Counted from the first letter of the stretch, positions 1 to 9,425 are shown. The stretch: 35,400 nt of DNA from a virus (IMGVR_UViG_3300017832_000020:1-35400); one strand, 5' to 3'. The notes: generated by a model from the letters alone, not told the origin. A program made the numbers and translations.

Positions 1-1
1 C

Positions 2-736
2 GAACTGTGCATTGGTGATCTGCGCCGCCTGGTCCCGGCGGAATCCGCGGAAGAAGCGCGCCGGATCGGCCAAGACCCGACGAAGCACCCGGACATCCAC
101 TTCATGCCGTTTGAGGTGCGGGAATTCACGCTGCCGGGACATCAGGTGGTTGTGATTGGGGAAAACGAGTCCCTGCAGCCGGCCGGCGTTCTGACTATTG
201 AGCATATCGCCAGACTCTGCCACGAAGTCAACCGGGCATATTGTCAGAGCATCGGAGACGATTCGCAGCCCGCATGGGAAGCCGCCCCGAACTGGCAGCG
301 AGAAAGTGCAATCAAAGGCGTTCGCTTCCACCTGGAGAATGACGTGACGCCGGAACAGTCGCATGAGAACTGGATGCGGGAGAAAGCCGCTGCCGGCTGG
401 ACTTATGGCCCGGTCAAGGATCCGGAGAAGAAGCAGCATCCCTGCATGGTCCCGTATGCCGAGCTGCCGCCCGAGCAACGGACGAAGGACTATCTGTTCA
501 AGGCGATCGTCGACACCGTGAAGAACTACGCGCAATTCGAAGCAACGAACAACAAGGTTTTGGTTCCGGACGCGCCGGACGAGCGCGAAAGGCTCAAGGA
601 GATTCTGACCGCGCGCGGCATCGAGTACAAGAAGAACTGGAGCACGGACAAACTGCGCGAACTGGTCGAACAGACGGCCGCCGCGGCCACGGAAAGTGAC
701 CCGAAAACTCCGGACAACCCTGACGCCTTGTTCTGA
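2..736 (+). CDS. RyR-domain protein with C-terminal HeH/Rho-N-like helical domain (probably 5'-partial)
   Basis: Motif HENWMREKAAAGWTYGPVKDPEKKQHPCMVPYAELPPEQRTKD is RyR-repeat-like; C-terminal LKEILTARGIEYKKNWSTDKLRELV. The frame is open from base 2 into the ATG at 104. Confidence 0.75.
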   Translation, partial: ELCIGDLRRLVPAESAEEARRIGQDPTKHPDIHFMPFEVREFTLPGHQVVVIGENESLQPAGVLTIEHIARLCHEVNRAYCQSIGDDSQPAWEAAPNWQRESAIKGVRFHLENDVTPEQSHENWMREKAAAGWTYGPVKDPEKKQHPCMVPYAELPPEQRTKDYLFKAIVDTVKNYAQFEATNNKVLVPDAPDERERLKEILTARGIEYKKNWSTDKLRELVEQTAAAATESDPKTPDNPDALF

Positions 737-770
737 TATTGCGCGCCGCACCTGACGGCGTGGGGGTGAG

Positions 771-2759
771 ATGTTGAAACTGTTCAAGAAAAAAGGTCAG
801 GACTCCGTGCAGTTCGTCAAGGAGCGATTCGAGGAGGCCGAGGATTGGGCGATTTTGCGCCAGATCCAAATTAACCGCGCGTTTTACAACAGCCGCCAGT
901 GGATTTCCTGGGACCGCGTAAACAGGACCGTATATGTGCCGGAGCTGCGGCCGGGTGAGCGGCGGCTGACCTACAACAAGATCAAGCCGGCCGTCCTGAC
1001 GCTTTTGGCGAAACTCTGCAAAAACCGCGTCAAGCTCGAGGTAAAACCGGATACCAACGACATCGAGCGGATCGAGGTTGCGAAAGCCGGCCTGAAATTC
1101 CTGACCTACCAATGGCAGGAAGACGACATGGACGCGAAGACGCGCCGGCTCAAGTTTTACATGCTCGTTGACGGGATGCCGAGCTTGAAAGTCTATGTCG
1201 ACAAGTCGCAGGGGGCTGACCTTGCCATTGACGACGATCTGGTCGCAGAACTGGCAAAAGAGGCAGGCATCGAGAACATCCCGACGAAGGCCGGGAAGAT
1301 CGTGACGAAGGTCGTGGATCAGCTCTCGATCTACTATGACCCACTGGCCGAATCGCTCGATGAGATCCGATGGGTGATCGAGCGTCGCCCGGTAGACGTC
1401 GACGAGATCAAAGCCGAGTTCGGCAAGGCCGTGGAGCCCGAGGGCAACATCATCATGCGCAACAGCTTCTACCCGGACAGCCTCGGCCAGAAGCCGCGAT
1501 ATTACCCGCATCACGCGATGCTGTACGACTATTGGGAACTGCCGTGCAAGCAGTATCCGAAGGGCCGCCGGATCGTTGTTGCAGGCGGCGTCGAACTGCT
1601 TCATTCCGAGGACCCGGGCGAATTTCCGTATATTTTCTTCCCGGCCGTCCCGGTTCCAGGATCGGCCATCGCAACCGGTCTTGTGACCGACATGACGACG
1701 CCGCAGAAGTCGTACAACATCAAGCGGACGGCTGAGGCGCGCATCCTCGAAGAAATGGGCAACCCGCTTTGGCTCAAGCCGGAAGGCAGCGTCGATGACG
1801 AGGACTTGATCAACGAAATCGGCGGCATCATCACTTATACGCCGTTCGGGCAACTCAAGCCGGAGCGCGTGCAGGGCGCAACCGTGGACAACGGATGGCA
1901 GAACGCCATGGAGCGCGACGAGGCGGACATTGAAGACATTTCAGGCGCGCATGAAATCAGCCAGGGCGCCGCGCCGCGCGGAAACAACACGCTCGGCGGG
2001 CTGCAGCTCCAAGTCGAGCAGGACGAAACCCGGCTCGCGAATCTTGTGCAGTCCTATGAGGACGGCATCAAGAAGTGGGGCGAGAAGGTGCTGCGCCTCG
2101 TCCAGAAGCACTTCCCGGAAGAACAGCAGCTCTCCATCGTCGGCGAGAACGGCGAGATCGAGGCGTTCGCGTTTGCCGGCGCCGATCTGACCGGCGGCGA
2201 AGTGGTCGACATCGTGCCGGGCAGCTCCATGCCGACGTTGAAAGCCGTGCAGGATCAGAAAATCATGAACATGTGGTCTGCTGGCATGTTCAACGACCCG
2301 GAGACAGGCAGACCGGACGTCCGTCGCGTTGTCCGGATGCTCGGCGAGTCGATTGCAACGCAATATTTCGACGACACCGAGCAAGACGAAAACAAGGCGC
2401 TCATGGAAAACCGCACATGGCAGCAGCTATTTGCGGACGAGCAGACGGCCGCAGCGCTGATTGCCTACCAAAACGAATTGCAGACGTATCAAGAGACCAT
2501 GCAGCAGGTGCAGGCGCAGGGCATTCAGCCCCACGCTGTGACACCGCCGCAGCCGCCGGTCAAACTCCCGGTTGTCCGCGACTTCTACGACCACGCCGTG
2601 CATATCGCGGCGCACAATCGGTTCAGGAAAACCGACGATTACGATCGTCTGCCGCCCGAACTGCAGGCGATCATTGACCAACACGTCGCCGAGCACGAAC
2701 GATGGCTGGCTGCGAAGAAGCAGCAAATGGCCGCGCCGGCGCAAGTTCCAGTTCAATAA
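771..2759 (+). CDS. Portal protein (P22-like)
   Basis: 662 aa directly upstream of scaffold and capsid; portal-like segments (LTYNKIKPAV, D..IEDISG.HEISQG); GGGGGTGA RBS. Confidence 0.85.
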   Translation: MLKLFKKKGQDSVQFVKERFEEAEDWAILRQIQINRAFYNSRQWISWDRVNRTVYVPELRPGERRLTYNKIKPAVLTLLAKLCKNRVKLEVKPDTNDIERIEVAKAGLKFLTYQWQEDDMDAKTRRLKFYMLVDGMPSLKVYVDKSQGADLAIDDDLVAELAKEAGIENIPTKAGKIVTKVVDQLSIYYDPLAESLDEIRWVIERRPVDVDEIKAEFGKAVEPEGNIIMRNSFYPDSLGQKPRYYPHHAMLYDYWELPCKQYPKGRRIVVAGGVELLHSEDPGEFPYIFFPAVPVPGSAIATGLVTDMTTPQKSYNIKRTAEARILEEMGNPLWLKPEGSVDDEDLINEIGGIITYTPFGQLKPERVQGATVDNGWQNAMERDEADIEDISGAHEISQGAAPRGNNTLGGLQLQVEQDETRLANLVQSYEDGIKKWGEKVLRLVQKHFPEEQQLSIVGENGEIEAFAFAGADLTGGEVVDIVPGSSMPTLKAVQDQKIMNMWSAGMFNDPETGRPDVRRVVRMLGESIATQYFDDTEQDENKALMENRTWQQLFADEQTAAALIAYQNELQTYQETMQQVQAQGIQPHAVTPPQPPVKLPVVRDFYDHAVHIAAHNRFRKTDDYDRLPPELQAIIDQHVAEHERWLAAKKQQMAAPAQVPVQ

Positions 2760-2761
2760 CC

Positions 2762-2797
2762 GGGCCGTTGGTGAGAGTCCAGCGGCCCATTCTATTT
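2762..2797 (+). terminator. Hairpin after portal gene (possible weak terminator or stabiliser)
   Basis: GGGCCGTTGG-tgagagt-CCAGCGGCCC followed by ATTCTATTT. Confidence 0.5.
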
Positions 2798-2808
2798 CCA
2801 CCAATCAG

Positions 2809-3010
2809 CGGGCGTTGAATTCGTCTTCGCCGCCGGGAGACAAGGAGGATGCTATATGGGTGACCATCTGATTCTTGATCTGCAACTGTTCGCGGAGGAC
2901 GAAGCAGTTGCAACGGGCGTGGAAGACGCTCCCGCCGCCGGGGAGCAACCGGAAACCAGTGAAGGTTCTGCGAACCAGACGGGCGTTGATGAACAGGCTG
3001 CCGCCGAGCC
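2809..3010 (+). repeat. Three copies of a structured motif CGGGCGT(T/G)GA...stem-GCCGCCG-stem
   Basis: GGCG at 2811, 2916 and 2982; loop GCCGCCG at 2829, 2934 and 3000 (offset 18 each time); stems GTCTTC/GGAGAC, GCTCCC/GGGAGC and GGCT/AGCC. Confidence 0.8.
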
Positions 3011-3656
3011 GGAAAAGCAGAACAACTTCGAAAAGGCGTTCGCGAAGCGGCTTGCCGCCGAGCGCTCCAAGTGGGAGAGCGAGCTGTCCGAGAAGCTCAA
3101 GGACTACGAGGCGCACAGGCGGGTCAGCGAGTTCTTCCAGCAGTACAACGGCATGGACCTGAACGCGCTCATGGAGCGCATCGAGCTCGAGCAGCTCAAG
3201 CAACAGGCCGAGCAACAGCAGGTGCCTGTCGAGGTCATGCGCCGCATCCAAGAGCTTGAGCAAAAGGCTGCGCTGGCCGAACAGCTCGCCCAGCAGCACG
3301 CTCAGGCGCAATGGGAGAAGACGTATCGCGAAGCGCTGGACGCCTATGTCAAGGACAAGGAAGGCGCGGACCCGGAGGCAATCAACAAATATCTGGTTGA
3401 TCTGGGCGTCTCCGTCGACCCGAACAACATCACGAAATACTTCGACATGGCGTACAGGGCGCTGAAGTTCGAGGAGTTGGCGAAGCGACTCGAGGGCGCC
3501 GAGAAGGACGGCATGAAGAAGCTGATCGGCGCGAAGGGTTCGATCCCGGCGAACGTCGGTTCGTCCGGCCAAGGACAGGTGTCCAGCGGGCCGCCGAAGA
3601 CGTTCGCAGATGCACGGGCGCGCGCAATGGCGCGGCTCGGCGCTACAGAAGAATGA
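2856..3656 (+). CDS. Capsid scaffolding protein
   Basis: Between portal and capsid; N-terminal LDLQLFAE motif typical of Bacillota phage scaffolds; acidic and coiled-coil; AAGGAGG RBS. Confidence 0.85.
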   Translation: MGDHLILDLQLFAEDEAVATGVEDAPAAGEQPETSEGSANQTGVDEQAAAEPEKQNNFEKAFAKRLAAERSKWESELSEKLKDYEAHRRVSEFFQQYNGMDLNALMERIELEQLKQQAEQQQVPVEVMRRIQELEQKAALAEQLAQQHAQAQWEKTYREALDAYVKDKEGADPEAINKYLVDLGVSVDPNNITKYFDMAYRALKFEELAKRLEGAEKDGMKKLIGAKGSIPANVGSSGQGQVSSGPPKTFADARARAMARLGATEE

Positions 3657-3674
3657 TTCAGGAGATGATGCGAA

Positions 3675-4856
3675 ATGGCATTCGATCTGTCTGCCGCAAG
3701 CGCGGTTCTCAAGGAAGATTACCTGGGGCCGGTAAGGGAACAACTGAACAACGACAACCCGGTCATCCAGAAGCTGGTGCAGAACAAGCAGCAGGCGACC
3801 GGTAAACGGTTCTACGTGCCGCTGCACGTCGGTCGCAACAGCGGCGTCGGCTATCGCGCAGAAGGTGCGGCTCTGCCGGCGGCTGGCAGCCAGAAATACA
3901 AGGAATCGACGGCGAACTGCGCGTACCTGTACGGCCGCATCGAGATCACGGGGCCGACCATCAAGGCAATGCGCAATGACAAGGGCGCATTCATCCGCGC
4001 CGTCGAATCCGAAATGAAGGGCCTGCTGCGCGACCTGAAAGACCAACGCGCGCGGGCCCTTTTCGGCAACGGCACGGGCATGCTGGCGAAGTTCGATGCT
4101 AACTCCAACACCAACACGCTCACAGTCGACAAGGTGAAATACTTCCAGGTTGGCATGATCATCGACATCCTGCAAAGTGGCGGCACGCCTGTCGCGACTG
4201 GCCGGACCATCACGAACATCGACGAAGGAAACAAGACCATCACGATCGACGGCGCCGCCGTGACGACGTCGAATACGGACATCGCGGTTGTGACGGGCGA
4301 CTACAACGTCGAAGCGATGGGCCTTGGCGGCATCATGGACAGCTCGCTGACGCTGCAAGGCATCAACCCGGCCACCAACCCGTGGTGGAAGCCGAACAGA
4401 ATCGCGAACAACGGTACGCCGCGCGCGATTTCCCAGCAACTGATGCGGCAGGCCGTCGACCTGTCGGAGATCCGGGGCGGAAAGGTCGACTGGATCACGA
4501 CGTCGTATGGTGTGCGGGCCGCGCTCGAGGCGATCATGCAACAGAATGTGCGGTACGTCCGCCCGATGACGCTCGAAGGCGGCTTCAACGTGCTGGAATA
4601 CGACGGCATGCCGATCTTCGTCGACCGCTACCACGAGTCGAACCGCATGTACTTCCTCGATTCGAGCGAGCTGGATCTGTACCAGCTGTCGGACTTCGAA
4701 TGGATGGAAGACGACAAGGGCGGCGTGTTGCGTCCGAAGTCCGGTTACGACGCATACGAGGCGACGATGTTCTGCTACGAAACGCTGGTCACCTACCGCC
4801 GGAACGCGCACACGGAACTGGCCGACATCAGCGAGCCGACCGGGTACATCGCCTGA
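3675..4856 (+). CDS. Major capsid protein
   Basis: 393 aa following the scaffold, strong phage codon bias, followed by a UUCG terminator; HK97-fold-like spacing of motifs. Confidence 0.88.
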   Translation: MAFDLSAASAVLKEDYLGPVREQLNNDNPVIQKLVQNKQQATGKRFYVPLHVGRNSGVGYRAEGAALPAAGSQKYKESTANCAYLYGRIEITGPTIKAMRNDKGAFIRAVESEMKGLLRDLKDQRARALFGNGTGMLAKFDANSNTNTLTVDKVKYFQVGMIIDILQSGGTPVATGRTITNIDEGNKTITIDGAAVTTSNTDIAVVTGDYNVEAMGLGGIMDSSLTLQGINPATNPWWKPNRIANNGTPRAISQQLMRQAVDLSEIRGGKVDWITTSYGVRAALEAIMQQNVRYVRPMTLEGGFNVLEYDGMPIFVDRYHESNRMYFLDSSELDLYQLSDFEWMEDDKGGVLRPKSGYDAYEATMFCYETLVTYRRNAHTELADISEPTGYIA

Positions 4857-4871
4857 TCGGTTACAGCACAT

Positions 4872-4902
4872 GGAGAGCCCTTCGGGGCTCTCCTATTTCT
4901 TT
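4872..4902 (+). terminator. Intrinsic terminator after capsid gene
   Basis: GGAGAGCCC-TTCG-GGGCTCTCC then TATTTCTTT. Confidence 0.85.
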
Positions 4903-4922
4903 GCATATGGGGAGGGAAAATC

Positions 4923-5270
4923 GTGGCGCAGTACGACATCCACAACATTGAGGAACGCCTGCAGGCAATCGACCCGCGCATTGTACGAATCGACTTCAAC
5001 CACGCCCGCGAGCGGCACGAAATCATCGCCCGGGACAACCACGGAGCCGAGTATATCGCGTTCACGGTGCCGTGGGGCGAGCTTGACGCACGGGTTGAGC
5101 GTGAACTGTATCGGATCCGGCCGGAACGCATGAACCCGTTCGAGGAAGTCCGTCGGGCCGAGGAACGCAAGCAGCGGGCCGAAGATAAAAAGATTCACGA
5201 CATGGCGACCGATCTGGTCGAGAACATCCAATCTTCATTCCGGCACAAGCCGAGTCGGTCGATTGAATGA
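4923..5270 (+). CDS. Hypothetical virion-module protein
   Basis: 115-aa ORF, GGGGAGGG RBS, GTG start, phage-like codon use. Confidence 0.7.
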   Translation: MAQYDIHNIEERLQAIDPRIVRIDFNHARERHEIIARDNHGAEYIAFTVPWGELDARVERELYRIRPERMNPFEEVRRAEERKQRAEDKKIHDMATDLVENIQSSFRHKPSRSIE

Positions 5271-5290
5271 CGAAACGGGGGTGACGCATC

Positions 5291-5881
5291 GTGAACCTGC
5301 GCGATCTGAAAGACCGGATCTTCCAGATGACGAACGGGATTTACCGCGATCAGGAGCACATGCGCGTGCTGGTGAATCAGGCGCTGATCGAACTTGCGAA
5401 GGCTGCGAAGATTCAGTCGACGGCGACCATCACGACCACGCCGGGCGTCGGCGAATATCCGCTGCCGGCCGACTTCAAGGAGGCAATCAGCCTGCTGGAA
5501 GGCACGCCGGACAATCCGGTCATGGAATGGCGGCTGGTTGATCCGATGTCGCCCCTCGGAGGCTTCGCGATTTATAACAGCCAACTGATCATCAAGCCGA
5601 CGCCGCAGGATTCCCGGACGCTGACGCTGTTCTATTACGCCTATCCGCCGGAAATGGTCAGCGATACGGACGACCTGCCGATCGACGACCGGTATGCGTA
5701 TGCGGTCGCGGCGTATGCGGCGGCCATGATCCTGTCGCTGCCGGGAATGGAGGGTGTGAGCCAAGGAATGATCGACCGTTACTTCCGGTTGTTTGAGGAT
5801 GCGAAAGCGCGGTTCGTCGCCGACATGCAGCGGAGAAACAAGCGGACCACGGTCCGGAAGGTGGTGGATTGGTGGGTATGA
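5291..5881 (+). CDS. Head-tail adaptor-like protein (tail tubular A-like)
   Basis: About 200 aa after capsid; pattern N-terminal helix...VNQALIELAK...YPLPADF...LFYYAYP typical of podophage adaptors. Confidence 0.65.
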   Translation: MNLRDLKDRIFQMTNGIYRDQEHMRVLVNQALIELAKAAKIQSTATITTTPGVGEYPLPADFKEAISLLEGTPDNPVMEWRLVDPMSPLGGFAIYNSQLIIKPTPQDSRTLTLFYYAYPPEMVSDTDDLPIDDRYAYAVAAYAAAMILSLPGMEGVSQGMIDRYFRLFEDAKARFVADMQRRNKRTTVRKVVDWWV

Positions 5882-6060
5882 AGACGTATCAATTCACCTG
5901 TTGCGTGCGGATCGAGGAGACAGGCGATCTGATGCCGATATACGGCCTCGTGACGCCACCTGTGACGGCAAACACTCCGACCGAGGCAATGTACCACCCG
6001 GACACGATAGACTTTCTAACCCAGCACAAATGCAGGGTTTTTGAACTCATCAGGCGGTGA
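5878..6060 (+). CDS. Small hypothetical protein
   Basis: 60 aa; ATGA overlap with the upstream stop; fills the gap exactly. Confidence 0.55.
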   Translation: MKTYQFTCCVRIEETGDLMPIYGLVTPPVTANTPTEAMYHPDTIDFLTQHKCRVFELIRR

Positions 6061-6066
6061 TCGCAC

Positions 6067-6705
6067 ATGAACACCTGGAACGCAGGTCAGATACTAACCG
6101 TCGTTCGGATGGTCAACAAGATGGACATCGACTATTTGGGCCCGGACGAATCGTCGCAGAACCAAATGCTGATCCAGTTCATGAACGCGGCCCTGTGGAA
6201 ACTGGCGCGCCTCTGCTACAACACCGAGATCAGTGACGTGTTGACCATTTCCGGCGATGGTCCGGTCGAGTTCGAGAAAGGCAACTCGCCGATCACCAAT
6301 ATGTTCGAACCGCTGCGGATCGTGGACGTCAACACGGGTTCCGAAATGCCGAAGCGTCCGGCTTACACATCCGCGCGTGGATGGTACTGCGAAGCGCCGA
6401 ATCAACCGATCGACATCCGAGGATTCACGGGTGATGTTCAACTGCACTACATCCGCTATCCCCGGCAAGTTACGAAGGCCGAAGACCCGGTCGACTGCCC
6501 TGAATCCGGATACCTTGCGCTTATCAACGAGATTTCGGCGCAAGTGAAACTGGTCAAGAATTTCTACGAAGAGTCCGCCGCTGCGCAGACGGCTGCGCTG
6601 ACCGGATACCCGATGGTCACGCAGGCAGCCATTTCGGCGCGCGGGCCGTCTTCCGGCGGCAATCCGCCGTCGTTCCGCGACGTCGACAAGGCAAGGGGTG
6701 GTTGA
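6067..6705 (+). CDS. Second adaptor-like virion protein
   Basis: 212 aa; FMNAALWKLAR and LHYIRYP parallel motifs in 5291..5881. Confidence 0.55.
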   Translation: MNTWNAGQILTVVRMVNKMDIDYLGPDESSQNQMLIQFMNAALWKLARLCYNTEISDVLTISGDGPVEFEKGNSPITNMFEPLRIVDVNTGSEMPKRPAYTSARGWYCEAPNQPIDIRGFTGDVQLHYIRYPRQVTKAEDPVDCPESGYLALINEISAQVKLVKNFYEESAAAQTAALTGYPMVTQAAISARGPSSGGNPPSFRDVDKARGG

Positions 6706-6706
6706 T

Positions 6707-8278
6707 GTGCCAGGCGGAAAGCAACAGGCCGTCGTCTTGAACCTGAGCGTGTCCGGCGGGATCAACACCGTCGCCCAGCCGACCGCGCTCGCGGAGAACC
6801 AGGCGCGCTATCTGCTGAACGGCGTGCAGCCGGCCGGCAGGCTCGGACCGTGCGCGAAGCGGCCGGGAACAATCCCGGTCACGACATCGCCGCTGTCGAA
6901 TCCGATCCGCTGGATTACGGTTTACCGGACTGGCGCGGATGATCGCATCCTCGTGACCGCCAGCAACAAACTGTACCGTCTGAACGGCACGGCGCTGCAG
7001 GAAGTCTCCGGCAATCTGAACAGCTCCGACATCTTCGACGTCGACTTCACGGACGGGAACAGCCAATCGCGGAAAATCATCGTCGACGGCGGCAGCATAA
7101 AGGCATATGACGACGCCACAAACACGGTCGCCGCGATCACACCGGCGCCGGACGACCCGAACCCGAACCCGCCGAACGTTCTGAGCGACCTTCACACGAA
7201 AGGCATGAAATACTGTTTCAGCTATCAGGGCCATGTGTTCGTGAGCGACGGATCGGATACTTGGTGGTATTCGAAGCGCTACACGTTCGACTATTTCCCG
7301 TCGGTTCAATGGGAACGCTGGGTGCGGGAAAACGACTATTTTCAGGGCCCTGGCATCTCGTTTGACAACGTGCTGATGCTGCCGATGCGTCGCGGGTGGG
7401 GCATCTTGTTCGGCAGCTCGTTCGACGATTTTCAGGGCAACCAATTCCTCAACACGCGCGCTGGTGTCGTCGCGCCGCGGTCGATTGCGCGCCTCACCTA
7501 CCCGGACGGTCGCCAGACCATCGCCTATCTGTCCGATGACGGCGTGTACGAGATATACGACACGCAGCTTCTGGACACCGGTTCGCGCCGGTACTCGACC
7601 AGGTCGATTTCCGTGGACAAGATCGACTTCGACGCCCTCGGCCTGACCGAGCAGGAGAAAGAGGCGGCGGTCGGCTACTTCGACCCGCGCACGAACTTGT
7701 ATTTGCTCCGATTCAATCGCGGCTCGGAACGGCTGTGCTACGCCTACGATACGCGCAACAGCGAATGGTATCCGTGGACGAACATTCGGGCAGCCGGCTT
7801 CGCAAGGAGCGGACCGAACCTGTTTTTCGCAGGCGAGACGGGGCACATCCACAAATTCGACCCAACGCTCGGCAGCGACTGGAACGACGCGAACATGACC
7901 AGCGGCACACCGGTCGAATTCGTTCGGATATCCGACCTGATCGCGTTGGAGAAGACCGGCAAGATGAGCGTATTTGACGAGCTGATAATCTTCGCCCGCC
8001 AGTACGCAACGAAATCAAGCCTCGACGTGCACGTTGTTTTCTATTCGTCTAAGGTCGAGGTCAACCAAGCGTTGAAAAACCAATACATGACCTGGGATGT
8101 AACGGCGTGGGATGAAAGTGCCTGGGCGAACCTGGATTACACCGATCTTGTCAGCGCGCCGACACCGCTAATTTTCTGCAAGACATCCTATTTTGCGCAG
8201 ATCATTATTCGGAACAACCGGGATGAGCTGTGCGAGATTTACGACATGGCGTTTAAAGGGCGCCTTTCAGGTTACTGA
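6707..8278 (+). CDS. Tail nozzle / stabilisation protein (P22 gp10 or T7 gp12-like)
   Basis: About 523 aa, beta-rich; N-terminal GGINT...LAENQARYLLN...KRPG pattern; position after the adaptors. Confidence 0.65.
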   Translation: MPGGKQQAVVLNLSVSGGINTVAQPTALAENQARYLLNGVQPAGRLGPCAKRPGTIPVTTSPLSNPIRWITVYRTGADDRILVTASNKLYRLNGTALQEVSGNLNSSDIFDVDFTDGNSQSRKIIVDGGSIKAYDDATNTVAAITPAPDDPNPNPPNVLSDLHTKGMKYCFSYQGHVFVSDGSDTWWYSKRYTFDYFPSVQWERWVRENDYFQGPGISFDNVLMLPMRRGWGILFGSSFDDFQGNQFLNTRAGVVAPRSIARLTYPDGRQTIAYLSDDGVYEIYDTQLLDTGSRRYSTRSISVDKIDFDALGLTEQEKEAAVGYFDPRTNLYLLRFNRGSERLCYAYDTRNSEWYPWTNIRAAGFARSGPNLFFAGETGHIHKFDPTLGSDWNDANMTSGTPVEFVRISDLIALEKTGKMSVFDELIIFARQYATKSSLDVHVVFYSSKVEVNQALKNQYMTWDVTAWDESAWANLDYTDLVSAPTPLIFCKTSYFAQIIIRNNRDELCEIYDMAFKGRLSGY

Positions 8279-8289
8279 GGTGATACGAA

Positions 8290-9156
8290 ATGGCCCAACT
8301 TCCTGCGGACAGAACAAAACTGAATGCGGCTGTTGCGAATCAGCAACCGTCCATTGTCGCATCGGCAAAAGCAAACCGCGAGGCGTTGATCGAGGCATAC
8401 GATACGATCGATCTTCTGAACCAGAAGGTCGACACCGCCATCAGCAACGGCAAGATGGGGAATGAGATCGCATCGGATGTCGATATGAAGGGTTATTCCT
8501 TGATAAATGCCAATAATGTTGCGGCAAAAAGTGCTAACATTGACGCACCAAACAATGGTGGATTTGCAAGAATTGGAATCAAGAATATCGCTCAAGTGCT
8601 AGATTTAGCAGCATATTGGGAAGCGGGTATAACGCAGTTTGCGCAAGTACAATCATGGGACATAGTGGACAACGCGCCGCGATTGCTTAGGCTTAATCCA
8701 CTTGGGGGGACAGTTTCGATCAACGATTACGAAGCGTGGCATAAAGGCAATCTGCCATACGAAACCGGAACATGGACCCCTACATTACAAGGTGGTTCAT
8801 CCGGTCCTAGTAACAACACTTACGCATACAGATTCGGGCGCTATGTGCGTATGGGAAACATTGTCCATGTTTGGTGCCGAGTAGAGCTGTCTGCTAAAGA
8901 CACCAATATGGCGGGACCCCTATTTCTGACGGGTCTTCCTTTCACGTCTGATGCTGGGGACTACTCGGCAACTATTGCATGGACTGGGTATATCAATTTG
9001 GGCACCGGCACATATCTAACCGCTCGATTCGATGGGGGCAATGCTGTAGTCACTTTCTGGAAAAACGGCAGCAGTATGGGGCCATCCGCTTTATCTGTTT
9101 CAGAAATCAGAGATAATACACAGATTGCGGTAAGCGGCGTTTATAAAATCGCATAA
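8290..9156 (+). CDS. Tail fibre / receptor-binding protein
   Basis: N-terminal helical anchor; C-terminal YETGTWTPTL...GRYVRMGNIVHV...LTGLPF fibre-tip pattern; visibly lower GC in the distal part. Confidence 0.7.
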   Translation: MAQLPADRTKLNAAVANQQPSIVASAKANREALIEAYDTIDLLNQKVDTAISNGKMGNEIASDVDMKGYSLINANNVAAKSANIDAPNNGGFARIGIKNIAQVLDLAAYWEAGITQFAQVQSWDIVDNAPRLLRLNPLGGTVSINDYEAWHKGNLPYETGTWTPTLQGGSSGPSNNTYAYRFGRYVRMGNIVHVWCRVELSAKDTNMAGPLFLTGLPFTSDAGDYSATIAWTGYINLGTGTYLTARFDGGNAVVTFWKNGSSMGPSALSVSEIRDNTQIAVSGVYKIA

Positions 9157-9172
9157 CATAAAATCGCATAAC
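9143..9172 (+). repeat. Perfect 15-bp tandem duplication ATAAAATCGCATAAC x2
   Basis: Copies at 9143-9157 and 9158-9172, spanning the fibre stop codon. Confidence 0.95.
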
Positions 9173-9185
9173 AGGAGTGATTAAA

Positions 9186-9425
9186 TTGGTTGCAGAAGAA
9201 TTTTATCTTGATATGTTGACGAAAGACAGTGTGAGCGTTCGCAAACAAAAATTTGTGGATGTCGATGGAGAAGAACATTCTGTCGGCGATCCGTGGCGCC
9301 GCGCCTATGTAAACAGCTCATCCGGCCGACAGCAGGTGATGGATGAGGTGCCAGAGCCGTACCGCTCCGCCATTTTCGCGGTGTGGGGCGAGGAGCCGAC
9401 GGTAACAGAGGGTGATGCGGTATGA
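9186..9425 (+). CDS. Small tail-fibre-associated protein
   Basis: AGGAGTGA RBS then TTG at 9186 (the ORF track starts at 9177); LDMLTKDSVSV...WRRAYVNS...FAVWG; directly after the fibre gene. Confidence 0.65.
   Translation: MVAEEFYLDMLTKDSVSVRKQKFVDVDGEEHSVGDPWRRAYVNSSSGRQQVMDEVPEPYRSAIFAVWGEEPTVTEGDAV

Noticed and set aside
3551-3562. GAAC-GTCG-GTTC SOS-like box
   Set aside because: Inside the scaffold CDS, spacer does not fit RNRY, and no promoter is nearby.
8281-8289. TGATACGAA, reverse complement of the arm repeat (also TGATACGA at 19018)
   Set aside because: Single copies overlapping an RBS or operator far from attP; likely chance.
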